Below, piece after piece: positions 45,164 to 57,100 of a DNA stretch of 64,000 nt. The position numbers and the translations under genes are program-made. The notes under the pieces are model-generated. The model did not search any database, had not been told where the DNA came from, and saw only the letters and a program-made list of their open reading frames with translations. This stretch comes from Mayamaea pseudoterrestris (taxonomy: Eukaryota). The DNA is taken from the NCBI GenBank assembly GCA_027923505.1, contig BROI01000019.1:372001-436000 (forward strand), written 5' to 3'. The first letter of the stretch is position 1. Every line of letters starts with the position of its first letter.

Positions 45164-47050
45164 TCAATCTTCACACATGCTGATTTCCGTGTCCAGATCT
45201 GTGTAATGAGCCTTGCGCCCCCTCTTCCATCGCATCAGCCGCAACGTTACAAAGGCCGCAAACGCAGCGAGCAGCACCCATATCCACGGAGACATGCGAT
45301 GATGAACCGGGTAGATGGGGTTGCGCGACCCTCGTGGTAGCAAACTCTGTCCATGCGATACTACAACGTCGTCGTCAATCGCTGCTCCAATCCATATACC
45401 CGGTGTGTTTGGAGGTGGATACTCTTGAATGATATCCATTGTATCATTGACTCGAAACAGAATCTCGTAGCAAGTGCCAAAGACTTCAGCGCTCGGCGTA
45501 TTTGGCGCGGGAATGCGAGGCAGCCACCCTTCCCTTACACCTCGCAAGTAATCCCATTCGGCGAATCCACCGCCCTCCATTTTGAAATTCCAGTAGAACC
45601 AAGCCGCTGTAGTACCAATGTCAGCTGACTCATACGCTACCATTTGCGCTTGCGCAAAGTGTTGCAGAAACTCTTGTCGCGCGGGTGAGATTTGTCGATC
45701 AAACTCCGCGGCGACACCTGTGGATGCGATCGTGTCCATAATGTACTTGAGCATGGCTACTGGTAATGTATCAACGGCGACGCTCCACTCGCCCACCATA
45801 CGATGAATGCCTTTTGATGGGACTGTCTTCCGTGGGTAATCTTGGTAGCAGCAAGAGGCAACGTCCCGCTGTTCATTCGTGCAAACAAAGGCAATGTGTT
45901 GCCGAGGACTGAGTGATCGAGGAACTCGTTCAAAGACGTGGTAGTAGTGACTGTCAAGGTAAGTGTTTTTGTATTGATGTGGGTTAAGCCAGAAGCCTCG
46001 ATTGAAGTTCTTGGCCATGAACATGTCGCTGCGCGTAAACGATTTCGTACAAAACAATGTGTGAGCAGTGATTCAGATGCCTGTAAAGGCCCTCCTTGCA
46101 AATCAATCAACTCACCTAATGTACACATGGGTATCATCTCCAAGCTCTTTTCGCACAATGCTCAAGCCTACATTAATGAAATCTTCGTAAACGCGTTTGT
46201 CGCAGTCCTTGAATGGCTCATTCAGTAATCCAAAACCCGTGACAACGTCTTCATATCCTTCCTTGTAAATTTCCCGCGAAATGTCTCCAATCGCCGTCAC
46301 GAGTCGCTCGACATGTGCAGCATGCCGACTCCAGCCCTGACAGCTACTTCCACGCGCTAGTGACTGCCCACTATTGTCAAAACCATTCTGACTACCCGGC
46401 GCCGTGTGCATGTCCGGCCATACTTGCAGATCAAGCTCGCGGCACCATTGTAGCAGACGCATAAAGTACTTCCAGCGATCCGCTGGTACCCATGGTTCAT
46501 CGTCAATCACATTGCTTAAAATAAAGTGCGGCAGTGGCACCCGCACATGTGTCACGCCATTTTGTTTCAACGCCACCAAGTCGTTGCGAGTCACAAACTT
46601 GTCAAAGTGGTGGTTCAGCCATTCGGCCGCGAGACTTGTATTGTTGAACGCTTCTGCTAGCGTCCATTCGTCCATGGGATAGTCAATGTCACCAAAAACG
46701 TTTGGAATGCGGTGCGGCATGCATTTAGTCGTATTGCAGAGACGTGACTCGTCCTGCCGTTCCTTCTTGTCGTCATGCGATGACGCCACCGTCGGAGCCG
46801 ACAGCTGTCCGGGAAACCAGCAAAGATCGCCCTTTATATGACAATCCGTGACGCTAAACATGTAGGGCGTAATGTATCGCTCCAGGACGAGCCATCCGCC
46901 CAGATTGACGCCGCGAATCCATTTCGATGGCGCGTGCTTGGAAGGTACAAAGGTTTCATTGTAAATATATGGCTTTGGAGCTTTCTTATGCGCGCTAGAT
47001 CGAAGGTCTCGCGAAGTCAATCGGGGGTGCTGTTGCGGTTGCGGCGGCAT
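45164..47050 (-). CDS. GH5 exo-1,3-beta-glucanase with C-terminal TM helix; exons 47050-46116, 46028-45164 (upstream exon possible)
   Basis: IRGVNLGGWLVLERYITP, DMHTAPGSQNGFDNSG, acid/base NEP, DSHYYHVF, nucleophile VGEWS, WFYWNFK. Intron 46115-46029 is in frame. Confidence 0.92.
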
Positions 47051-47513
47051 CGTTTTACAATGAGTCTAACGCGATGATTGTTGACCAATGAGAGAGAGGC
47101 TCGAAGAAGAAAAATGCGGAAGGAAAGTTGAGCCTGACGTGAACGTGAATGGCTCGCAATGGGTACCGCGACTTCAGTCTTCAACAGAGCTTTGTCTACC
47201 AAGCTGAGTAGCGATTGTCGAAACCTTTGCTGAAGTTTAGTTACTGCCGGATGTTTCTCGCCGCGCGCGCCGCAAGTGCAATCATCCATCGGAAGACGAT
47301 CGTCATGGTGCGAACGGTGATGTGTGCGCGCGTCACGACCAATGACACATGTCGCAGCATGACTAATCTCATAGTCGTAGCGGTTCTCCCCTTGCGGCGA
47401 ACCACACAAACGCAACGAGAAGAGCGAGCAAAAACGAAGAGATCCTTGGACAAACCGACGGATTGCTTACCTACTCTTTACCTAAGAAGACTTGTCTAAG
47501 CTCTTATTAGATC

Positions 47514-49237
47514 ATGGCATTTACAGGAGAAACTTTGAACGATCGGTCGAAGGGAAAGGATGTTCGCACCAGCAACATTGTCGCCGCCAAAGGTACGAGA
47601 TGAATGAGCAAAAGAAGGAAGTGAATATTCGCGAGAGAGTGAACGAACAGTACTTTTGATAACTGAGCATCTAAATTCACCTTTGTTTCCTCCTTCTTGG
47701 TGTTCATGCAATGACTGCAGCCATTGCACAGGCCGTTCGAACCTCCCTCGGTCCACGCGGCATGGACAAGCTTGTGACGCTGGCCGACGGATCCACCCTC
47801 ATTTCCAACGATGGCGCCACGCTGCTCAGTAAAATGAATGTCTTACATCCAGCCGCCAAAATGCTGGTTCAGCTATCGCAGTCGCAGGATACGCAGGCGG
47901 GCGATGGAACAACGACGGTAGTCGTCTTGGCAGGTGCACTGTTGGATGCTTGTCGCAACTTGCTGCAAAAGAATATTCATCCAACGGTGGTAGCGTCGGC
48001 CTTTCTGCAAGCGGCCGACAAGGCGTGCGAGTACTTGAGACTCATTTCGCGACCGGTTGATGCGAGTGATCGAGAGCAATTGTTGAACGCCGTGGAAACG
48101 TGTCTTTCGAGTAAGGTGGTGGCGAGTCATACCAATGTCTTGGCTCCCATTGCTGTGGACAGCGTCTTGGGAATCATGCCGGATACCGATGACAAGGATG
48201 CACCCGTGCAGCTTGACTTGAATGACATTCGCTTGGTGACGCAGCTTGGTGGAACGGTCGACGAGACGGAGCTTGTACACGGATTGGTGCTGGCACAAAA
48301 GGGTGCATCCAAAACAGGCGGAGGTCCTTCGCGCATGGCCAATGCCAAGGTGGCATTGCTGCAGTATTGCCTGTCGGCACCCAAGACGGACATTGACAAT
48401 ACTGTTGTTGTTTCCGATTATGCGAGCATGGACCGCATTCTGCGCGAGGAGCGCAAGTACATTTTGGGTCAGTGCAAGGCTATCAAAAAGTCTGGTGCCA
48501 ATGTTGTCTTGTTACAAAAGAGTATTCTTCGGGATGCTTACAACGAATTGAGTCTGCATTTCTTGGCCAAGATGGACATTATGGTTGTAACGGACATTGA
48601 TCGGGCAGATGTTGATTTTGTTTGTCGAACGCTGGGGTGCTTGCCGATTGCGCACGCCGATCAATTAACGGCTGACAAGCTCGGACAAGCCGAGCTTGTG
48701 CAGGAGGTGTATATGGAAGGCGCTTCAAGCAAGGTGGTCAAATTTACCGGCGTCAAAAATCCGGGAAAGACAATGACGGTGGTTTTGCGTGGTAGTAACG
48801 ACTTTGTATTGCAGGAAGCCATGCGAAGTTTGCATGACGCTCAGTGCGTAGTACGCAGCTTGGTGCAGGAGCGAGCCTTGATTGCCGGCGGTGGTGCGCC
48901 AGAAGCAGAAGCGTCGTTGAAACTAAAAGAGTACGCTATGAGCTTAATGGGCAAGGATGCTTACTGCTTTGCCGCGTTTGCAGAGGCGTTGGAAGTCATC
49001 CCGTATACGTTGGCCGAGAACGCCGGAATGAAGCCGATTCACGTTGTAACGGAGCTGCGAGCCATGCACAGCGCTGGAGTGGCAGGCGCTGGAATCAATG
49101 TTAAAAAGGGCATTGTCTCGGACATGTACGAGCTGAATGTGGTACAGCCATTACTGGTGTCTGTATCAGCGATACGGCTGGCGTCCGAGACGGTGGCCAT
49201 GATTATGAAGATTGACGACCTTGTTGTGGTGCGCTAA
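47514..49237 (+). CDS. CCT4: T-complex protein 1 subunit delta; exons 47514-47592, 47721-49237
   Basis: KDVRTSNIVAAK/AIAQAVRTSLGPRGMDK, GDGTTT, LSAPKTDIDN..VSDYASMDRILREERKYIL. Intron 47593-47720. Confidence 0.97.
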
Positions 49238-49328
49238 GGGTACTAGACTTAAAATTTGAGTGCCAATGTTTTATGCTTATGCTACTCGCTACATATATAT
49301 GATAGCACTCCATATTTATGACAAAACT

Positions 49329-51956
49329 TTACCAACTTATGAATGTGTATTCGAACAAGCGAACTAACCGATGAACTAAATTTTGCAGCAACGACCTGGC
49401 ACCGTCAATATCCTCCTTGGCAATCTTGTCTTCGGCGGGAATCGCCGTGTACTGCGCCATGATATCGTCCAAGGAAACTGTGCCGTCGCATGCGGAGAGA
49501 AGGTCGCCTTCTAACTCATCCAGTAATGGAAACCACTCTTGCCCTAGACCGTGCATCGGGCGATCTACCATGCGGACTCGTGTCGTTGACTCAATCGTCT
49601 CTTCGTCCATTGGACCAACGTCGAGCTCCAAAGACGATTGAAATTCCACGCGACCAGAGCGGATAGGAAACGCAGGCTCTGCCTTCAGTGTCCCTTCCTT
49701 AGACACTTCGCTCAGCAATTTCCGTACATCGGGTTGCTTTCTGCTAATCACAAAAGGTCCCATAACGAGCATTTCAATTGCACCCATTGACGAAAGAAAG
49801 GTGCGAATGGCATCCTGCGGCGTCTCCACAATTGGTTCACCTGGTAATGCATTGAAGGAAGTATTCAGAACCATCGGAACTCCAGTGCGCTTGAAAAAGC
49901 TCGCGATTAGCTTATGGTAGAAACGATCATTTGCCTTGGTAACTGTCTGCAGGCGGCTTGAACCGTCAACGTGCGTGACAGCTGGTATCAGCGACTGCTT
50001 GTCGTCGCGAACCATTGCCGTGATGCTCATGTAGGGACTAGCGTTTCCATCTGCGGGGCACTGCGCTCCAAGATCAAACCATTTTGATGCTTCTTCGGCA
50101 AGGACACTCGGAGCGAACGGTCGAAAAGTCTCGCGACTCTTGACTTTTTCGTTTATAAAACTGAGTAAGCCTTTCTTCCTCGGGTCGGCTAGGATGCTTC
50201 GATGGCCTAACGCGCGAGGCCCCATTTCCGACCGTGATCGATACAACGCTACAACTCCACCGGAGTCTATTTCGTCTACAACTATTTTTATGAGCTCCTG
50301 CTCATTCCTGATAGTTTCAACCTCAAGCCAAGGTTTCGCCTTGCTAATTGCTTCCTCCATGCTGTCTTCAATGGGATCTGCACCAAGGTATGGAGTAAGT
50401 GGCTTGGACCATAGTGCGACTGACCTACGAACTCCAAGCTGTCGTCCAGTGTCAAGTCTCTTGTTCCCGAAAAGCCCAAATGCACAACAGCCCACAGCGA
50501 TACCCTCATCGCCGGGGTAAGGTGAAATGTACGTTTGGTCAAAGCCGAGCTCACGCGCCAATCGACCGTTCAAAACAGAGTTGAGAGCAACGCCTCCCGA
50601 TACGCAAAGATTGCTTTCTCCTGTTTCTTGTTTGAAATGTTGAACAAAATCCATCAAGACTGTTTCACAGTCGCTTTGCATGCGATGAGCCAGGGCAATA
50701 GCGTCGAGCGCCACGCGAGCTGGGAATCGTTCCTTGTCGAGTGTTTCTGTTTCGTCGAGGCAATCATCAAAGTCATATCGCTTTCTCCGCGTCCCATCTT
50801 TTCGAAACAAGTCTGGATCATCGCGGCTTGTGCAAGGAATACCTTGTATCAGTGACCTATCGATTTTGAGCGAACCTTCCTCGTAGAGCCTGCCACTGAC
50901 AATGGGTGTCTTGTGTAGTAACGGTTTCATAGTGTCCTGTCCATTCTTCCACTCATAGTCGGCCCAGGGCGCCAGCCCCATGACCTTGCCGCAAGCGTTC
51001 CAGTCACCAAAAATGTGGCTACTGACTCGCGAGTACAATGCTCCCACCGAGTCCATATTTTCAAACCCATGATTGTAAAGCGTTGGCGGCGTGCGTTCGG
51101 CCTGGAACCGCTTAAAGACGGGGTACAAGTCAATAGACGTGCTTGTTTTCGTGAAGCGATACACCGACTCGGCTTCCCTATAGTCAAAAACGTTGGAGGC
51201 TGCCGCTTTAAGCAAGTTGCTTGGTATGGTATGAAATGTTTCAAGCCCAAAGTTCAAGTCACTTATGTATGTTGTATCGTCCGTCTTTATTGCGTGTTGC
51301 ATAGTTCGAAAGCTTTCTCCCATACCGTCCATGACTACAACAAGTCCAGCGTCAAATGGCGCCTGCGTCGCTGTACTGTAGGCATGCGCCAAGTGATGCG
51401 AAAGCTCCAAGCGATACTTTGCGTCCGTCAGCAAGTTTTCAGGATCGGTATATCCATCCTCTTTTCCGCCATTGATGCGTAGACCAGCTTCCCATTCCAA
51501 ATGTTCAATGTTGTTTGATTCTAGTGGCAGTATTCTGTTATGATGATTGTTCATGACGACCGTGTCAATGTTCTCAAGGTGCAAGTCGAGTGTTTCCAAA
51601 CACTCTTCGACCAAGACTGCCGCGTTTCCTCCATCATGTTTGCGCCGCGTCAAGCGCTCCTTTGACACTGCAAACAAAACCTCGCCAGTATCTTTGTCGG
51701 CTGCGCAAATAGTGGCATCGTGTGTGTATTTGGTCAAGCCAATGACGAGTTTGGTGTACGGTGGAGCGGCAAGGGGATTTCTGTTGTTCGAGTCTTCATA
51801 AGGATTGTCGTACAAGTCGGCCTCGAAAGGAGTTGATTGAAGTCGTTGCGTATTCCGTATCCTTGATTGCTGATTTCTTTTATAAACTTGAAGCGACCAT
51901 GACTCAGCTACAGGGATCACTAGCCAAGCAACTAAAGCTGCTCGAGCGTCCATCAT
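49329..51956 (-). CDS. NodU/CmcH/TobZ-family O-carbamoyltransferase with N-terminal signal peptide
   Basis: HDATI, KERLTRRKH, HHLAHAYS, VMDGMGE, GKVMGLAPW, GGVALNSVLNG, EMGPRALGHRSILADP, KSRETFRPFAPSV, HVDGSSRLQTV, LNTSFN..GEPIVETP. Likely ATG 51956 (MMDARAALVAWLVIPVAES-W). Confidence 0.92.
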   Translation of the reverse strand: MMDARAALVAWLVIPVAESWSLQVYKRNQQSRIRNTQRLQSTPFEADLYDNPYEDSNNRNPLAAPPYTKLVIGLTKYTHDATICAADKDTGEVLFAVSKERLTRRKHDGGNAAVLVEECLETLDLHLENIDTVVMNNHHNRILPLESNNIEHLEWEAGLRINGGKEDGYTDPENLLTDAKYRLELSHHLAHAYSTATQAPFDAGLVVVMDGMGESFRTMQHAIKTDDTTYISDLNFGLETFHTIPSNLLKAAASNVFDYREAESVYRFTKTSTSIDLYPVFKRFQAERTPPTLYNHGFENMDSVGALYSRVSSHIFGDWNACGKVMGLAPWADYEWKNGQDTMKPLLHKTPIVSGRLYEEGSLKIDRSLIQGIPCTSRDDPDLFRKDGTRRKRYDFDDCLDETETLDKERFPARVALDAIALAHRMQSDCETVLMDFVQHFKQETGESNLCVSGGVALNSVLNGRLARELGFDQTYISPYPGDEGIAVGCCAFGLFGNKRLDTGRQLGVRRSVALWSKPLTPYLGADPIEDSMEEAISKAKPWLEVETIRNEQELIKIVVDEIDSGGVVALYRSRSEMGPRALGHRSILADPRKKGLLSFINEKVKSRETFRPFAPSVLAEEASKWFDLGAQCPADGNASPYMSITAMVRDDKQSLIPAVTHVDGSSRLQTVTKANDRFYHKLIASFFKRTGVPMVLNTSFNALPGEPIVETPQDAIRTFLSSMGAIEMLVMGPFVISRKQPDVRKLLSEVSKEGTLKAEPAFPIRSGRVEFQSSLELDVGPMDEETIESTTRVRMVDRPMHGLGQEWFPLLDELEGDLLSACDGTVSLDDIMAQYTAIPAEDKIAKEDIDGARSLLQNLVHRLVRLFEYTFISW

Positions 51957-52228
51957 TGTCGGCGATTTTGTGGTTGGTTGCGCGGAAGCGAAGTTGTCAA
52001 GATTTGAGTACCGATACGACTCAACAAGTATCGCACTGTTACTGTCACGACCACGAGTTGGCGACGCAAGATTCGATGATGCCGATCGATCTTCATTCGT
52101 CGACCGTCCCAACCTTTCATTGACGTTCGTTCGTCTCATCTCGTCATTGCAAGGCTCGAAACTCTTAAGATACGTTAAAAGGCAATCTTCACAGAACCTA
52201 ATACTTTTGACTGCGAGACAACAGTAGC

Positions 52229-54150
52229 ATGAGTGGCACCAGCTCTTCTTCCAATGCGCCTCCATTGAAAGGCAAGGATGACTATAGAGTCGATGGGTAC
52301 GTACGTCGAATCTGGACAGATCAAGATCATCTGAGCATGATGAATGGTCTACCAAAGGGATTTAAGAGCTTGATCAGTCATGTGTGCGCATGCCTTGCAC
52401 TTGTCCTGATCCGCTCCACAACCTCATCCTCATTCCGTCTCATCACGCACCTTTGACTACAGTTTGGAAAGCGTTCAACCAGCCTATGCGCATTTCAATG
52501 GCACCATGTACGCTGGAACCATCCCCACGAACCACGACAAGCGTCGCGGCGAAATGATGTTTTGGTTGTTTGAACCGGAGACGCAGGCAATACCCGATAC
52601 GATTGTTCTCTGTAAGTTGCCTTGTAAAATAATGGTCGGAACTACTGACGCTGTACTTCAAAACATTCACTATCTCACGATATCCAATGCCATTCGCAGG
52701 GCTCAATGGAGGTCCAGGTTGCAGCAGCTTCAACTGCGGCGTCTTGATGGAACACTCACCCGTCACACAGCCATTGCATTCGGCGGGCTACTGTTGCCTC
52801 CAGCCGCAGCCAGACTTTTCCGTCAACGAGTATGCCTGGACTAAGCATACGACCATGCTTTACCCAGAGTATCCAATTGGAACGGGCTTTAGCTACGGTG
52901 ATAATCCCGAGACGGAGAATGAAGGAGCGAGCGACTTGTATCAGTTCCTTCTCAACTTTTTCGAAATCTTTCCCCACCTTGCGGAACACAAGTTCTTTGT
53001 CACGGGCGAGTCGTACGCTGGCATGTTTGTTCCGTCCGTCGCTCGTTTCATTCATCGGGCCAATTTGGAACATCCCGAACACCACCAAATCAAGTTGGCG
53101 GGAGCGGCTCTTGGCAATGGATGGATGGACGCTGCAGTCCAAGGTCCAGCCACGATCGACTATTCCTGGTGGCACGGATTGATTGATGAGCCTACTCGCG
53201 ACGCGCTGCACGTTGAATGGAAGAATTGTTACGAAAAGAAGCAATTTGGCAATTCGCCCTTTCATCCGTTTAATGTGCAGGATGACTGTGGAATCATGTG
53301 GGGCATTCTGGCCGCGGCTGGCAATCCCAATGCCTACGACATTTCCACTTGGGATCCAAACGTTGATCAAGTCACTTTTGCGAGTGAGGCCTTTTACAAC
53401 TTGCCGAGCGTCAAGGAGATGTTGCATGCCCCCGCCAATATTACATGGCATGGCTGTCAAGGCATGGGACGTAGACGCTTAACATCGTTTGCGGACAAGC
53501 ACCAACAGCATCGTCGATTGTACATGGACAATGACAAGCCACTATCAGTCGTCCCATACGTTGGCGAACTTTTGGATGCGGGCGTGCCAGTCTTGATTTA
53601 CAATGGTGACCGCGACATGACGACCAACATGGTTGGTACCGAGTTATTGTTGAATCGTATGAAGTGGAAGGGGCAAGACAATTGGTTGGATGCGTCGCGA
53701 GGATTGTGGTTGCTACCGGATGAGTTGCGCAAGCCTGGCGAGCAAAAGCAAGCGGGCTGGGCCAAGGAGAGTCAGGGCTTGACATTTGTCGTTGTTTATA
53801 ATAGCGGTCACATGGTTCCCTACAACCAACCTGCACCGGCGGGAGATTTGCTGGTGCGATTTCTGACGGGAAAGAGTTTCATTGATGAAAAGGCGGAGCT
53901 CATTCGTGTCAATAAAGTCTCAGAGAAAGACCAATCTGCTTCATTGGATCGTCACCATGAGAAAGTGGCGTCTTATGATGCTGCGTACATGTTGGAAGCT
54001 TTCCCAACTTCCAGTAGTTTAGCGCTCGACGGCGGAGCTCATCAGCAAGCTATCACGGTCGTCTTGTCAATGCTTGTCGGCGCTCTGCTTGCAATTCTTT
54101 TTATGAAACGCCGCGAAAATCATTGGCACTCCTACGAGATGGTTGTTTGA
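52229..54150 (+). CDS. Serine carboxypeptidase (peptidase S10) with C-terminal TM helix; exons 52229-52296, 52463-52611, 52700-54150
   Basis: Spliced WLNGGPGCSS, GESYAG nucleophile, YNGDRD, SGHMVP. Introns 52297-52462 and 52612-52699 restore the frame. 5' end uncertain. Confidence 0.92.
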
Positions 54151-54189
54151 TAGCTTATAAGTTGCTAGGGTAGTAGGCATTGAGCAAAT

Positions 54190-57100
54190 AAACAGCTGCA
54201 GGCTGAGACTGGTGAGAACTTCTCATCAGTCATTTTGCAGTGCACAAACGCACTAGCCAGTCATCTATTTTTGTAGCGCACCTAACATAAGGATGTTAGC
54301 ACCATTCTGGCTTGATTTGGGCATACACATGGCTCAAGGTATGGGCATGTGAAAGGGATGGCAGCTGCTGGCTGAGACTGGTGACAAGTTGTCACCAATC
54401 ACATTGCAGTCCACAGACACACCAGCCAGTCAAGTTTTCTTGTAGCGCACCTGAAAGAAGGATGTTAGCACCATTCTGGCTTGATTTGGGCATACACATG
54501 GCTCAAGGTATTGGCATTTGAAAGGCATGGCAGCTGCTGGCTGAGACTGGTGACAAGTTGTCACCAATCACATTGCAGTCTACGGACACACCAGCCAGTC
54601 AACTTTTCTTGTAGCGCACCTGAAAGAAGGATGTTAGCACCATCCTGGCTTGATTTGGGCATACACATGGCTCAAGGTATGGGTGTTTGAATGTCATGGC
54701 ATCTGCGGGCTGAGACTGGTGACAAGTTGTCACCAAATACATTGCCATCCCCTAAAACTCCAGCCAAGTTTACCATCTTGTAGCGCAGCCTAAAAAATGA
54801 TGTTGGCACTATTCTGGTGTAATTTGGGCACCTACAGGGCCTGCTGTAGGGGCGTTTGAATGTCATGGCATCTGCGGGCTGAGACTGGTGACGAGTTGTC
54901 ACCAAATACATTGCCATTCCCTGAGACACCAGCCAAGCTTACCCCATCTTGTAGCGCAGCCTGAAAAAGGATGTTGGCACCATTCTGGTGTAATTTGGGC
55001 GCCTACAGGGCTTGCTGTAGGGGCGTTTGAATGTCATGGCATCTGCGGGCTGAGACTGGTGACAAGTTGTCACCAAATACATTGCCATCCCCTGAGACTC
55101 CAGCCAAGCTTACCATCTTGTAGCGCAGCCTGAAAAATGATGTTGGCACCATTCTGGTGTAATTTGGGCACCTACAGGGCCTGCTGTAGGGGCATTTGAA
55201 TGTCATGGCATCTGCGGGCTGAGACTGGTGAGAAGTTGTCACCAAATACATTGCCATCCCCTGAGACACCAGCCAAGCCTACCATCTTGTAGCGCCACCT
55301 GAAAAATGATGTTGGCACCATTCTGGTGTAATTTGGGCACCTACAGGGCCTGCTGTAGGGGCGTTTGAATGTCATGGCATCTGCGGGCTGAGACTGGTGA
55401 CAAGTTGTCACCAAATACATTGCCATGCCCTGAGACACCAGCCAAGCTTACCCCATCTTGTAGCGCAGCCTGAAAAATGATGTTGGCACCATTCTGGTGT
55501 AATATGGGCACCTACAGGGCCTGCTGTAGGGGCGTTTGAATGTCATGGCATCTGCGGGCTGAGACTGGTGACAATTTGTCACCAAATACATTGCCATCCC
55601 CTGAGACACCAGCCAAGCCTACCATCTTGTAGCGCCGCCTGAAAAATGATGTTGCCACCATTCTGGTGTAATTTGGGCACCTACAGGGCCTGCTGTAGGG
55701 GCGTTTGAAATGTCATGGCATCTGCAGGCTGAGACTGGTGATAAGTTGTCACCAAATACATTGCCATCCCCTGAGACACTAGCCAAGCTTACCATCTTGT
55801 AGCGCAGCCGGAAAAATGATGTTGGCACCATTCTGGTGTAATTTGGGCACCTACAGGGCTTGCTGTAGGGGTGTTTGAATGTCATGGCATCTGCGGGCTG
55901 AGACTGGTGACAATTTGTCACCAAATACATTGCCATCCCCTGAGACACCAGCCAAGCTTACCATCTTGTAGCGCAGCCTGAAAAATGATGTTGGCACCAT
56001 TCTGGTGTAATTTGGGCACCTACAGGGCCTGCTGTAGGGGCGTTTGAATGTCATGGCATCTGCGGGATGAGACTGGTGACAAGTTGTCACCAAATACATT
56101 GCCATCCCCTGAGACACCAGCCAAGCCTACCATCTTGTAGCGCCGCCTAAAAAAATGATGTTGCCACCATTCTGGTGTAATTTGGGCGCCTACAGGGCCT
56201 GCTGTAGGGGCGTTTGAATGTCATGGCATCTGCGGGCTGAGACTGGTGACAAGTTGTCACCAAATACATTGCCATCCTCTGAGACACCAGCCAAGCTTAC
56301 CATCTTAAGCGCAGCCGGAAAAATGATGTTGGCACCATTCTGGTGTAATTTGGGCGCCTACAGGGCCTGCTGTAGGGGCGTTTGAATGTCATGGCATCTG
56401 CGGGCTGAGACTGGTGACAAGTTGTCACCAAATACATTGCCATCCCCTGAGACTCCAGCCAAGCTTACCATCTTGAAGCGCAGCCTGAAAAATGATGTTG
56501 GCACCATTCTGGTGTAATTTGGGCACCTACAGGGCCTGCTGTAGGGGCGTTTGAATGTCATGGCATCTGCGGGCTGAGACTGGTGACAAGTTGCCACCAA
56601 ATACATTGCCATGCCCTGAGACACCAGCCAAGCTTACCCCATCTTGTAGTGCAGCCTCTCACACGCAGCCTGAAATGTTGTTGGCACCATTCTGGCTGTA
56701 ATGGTGTTGGGCACCATCTGGTAATTGGGACCTGGGCCTCTGTCGGGGCATTTGAGTGTCATGGCATCTGCGGGCTGAGACTGGTGACAAGTTGTCACCA
56801 AATACATTGCCATCCCCTGAGACACCAGCCAAGCATACCATCTTGTAGCGCAGCTTGAAAAATGATGTTGGCACCATTCTGGTGTAATTTGGGCGCCTAC
56901 AGGGCCTGCTGTAGGGGCGTTTGAATGTCATGGCATCTGCGGGCTGAGACTGGTGACAAGTTGTCACCAAATACATTGCCATCCCCTGAGACTCCAGCCA
57001 AGCTTACCATCTTGTAGCGCAGCCTGAAAAATAATGTTGGCACCATTCTGGTGTAATTTGGGCACCTACAGGGCCTGCTGTAGGGGCGTTTGAATGTCAT

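Noticed and set aside
51957..52355. N-terminal 133 aa of the 1008-aa carbamoyltransferase ORF
   Set aside because: It starts at a non-ATG codon, overlaps exon 1 of the divergent carboxypeptidase, and lies upstream of a clear signal peptide at 51956.
56650..56760. Aberrant satellite monomer with insertions
   Set aside because: The local scrambling may be a consensus error; it cannot be distinguished from a real variant without reads.
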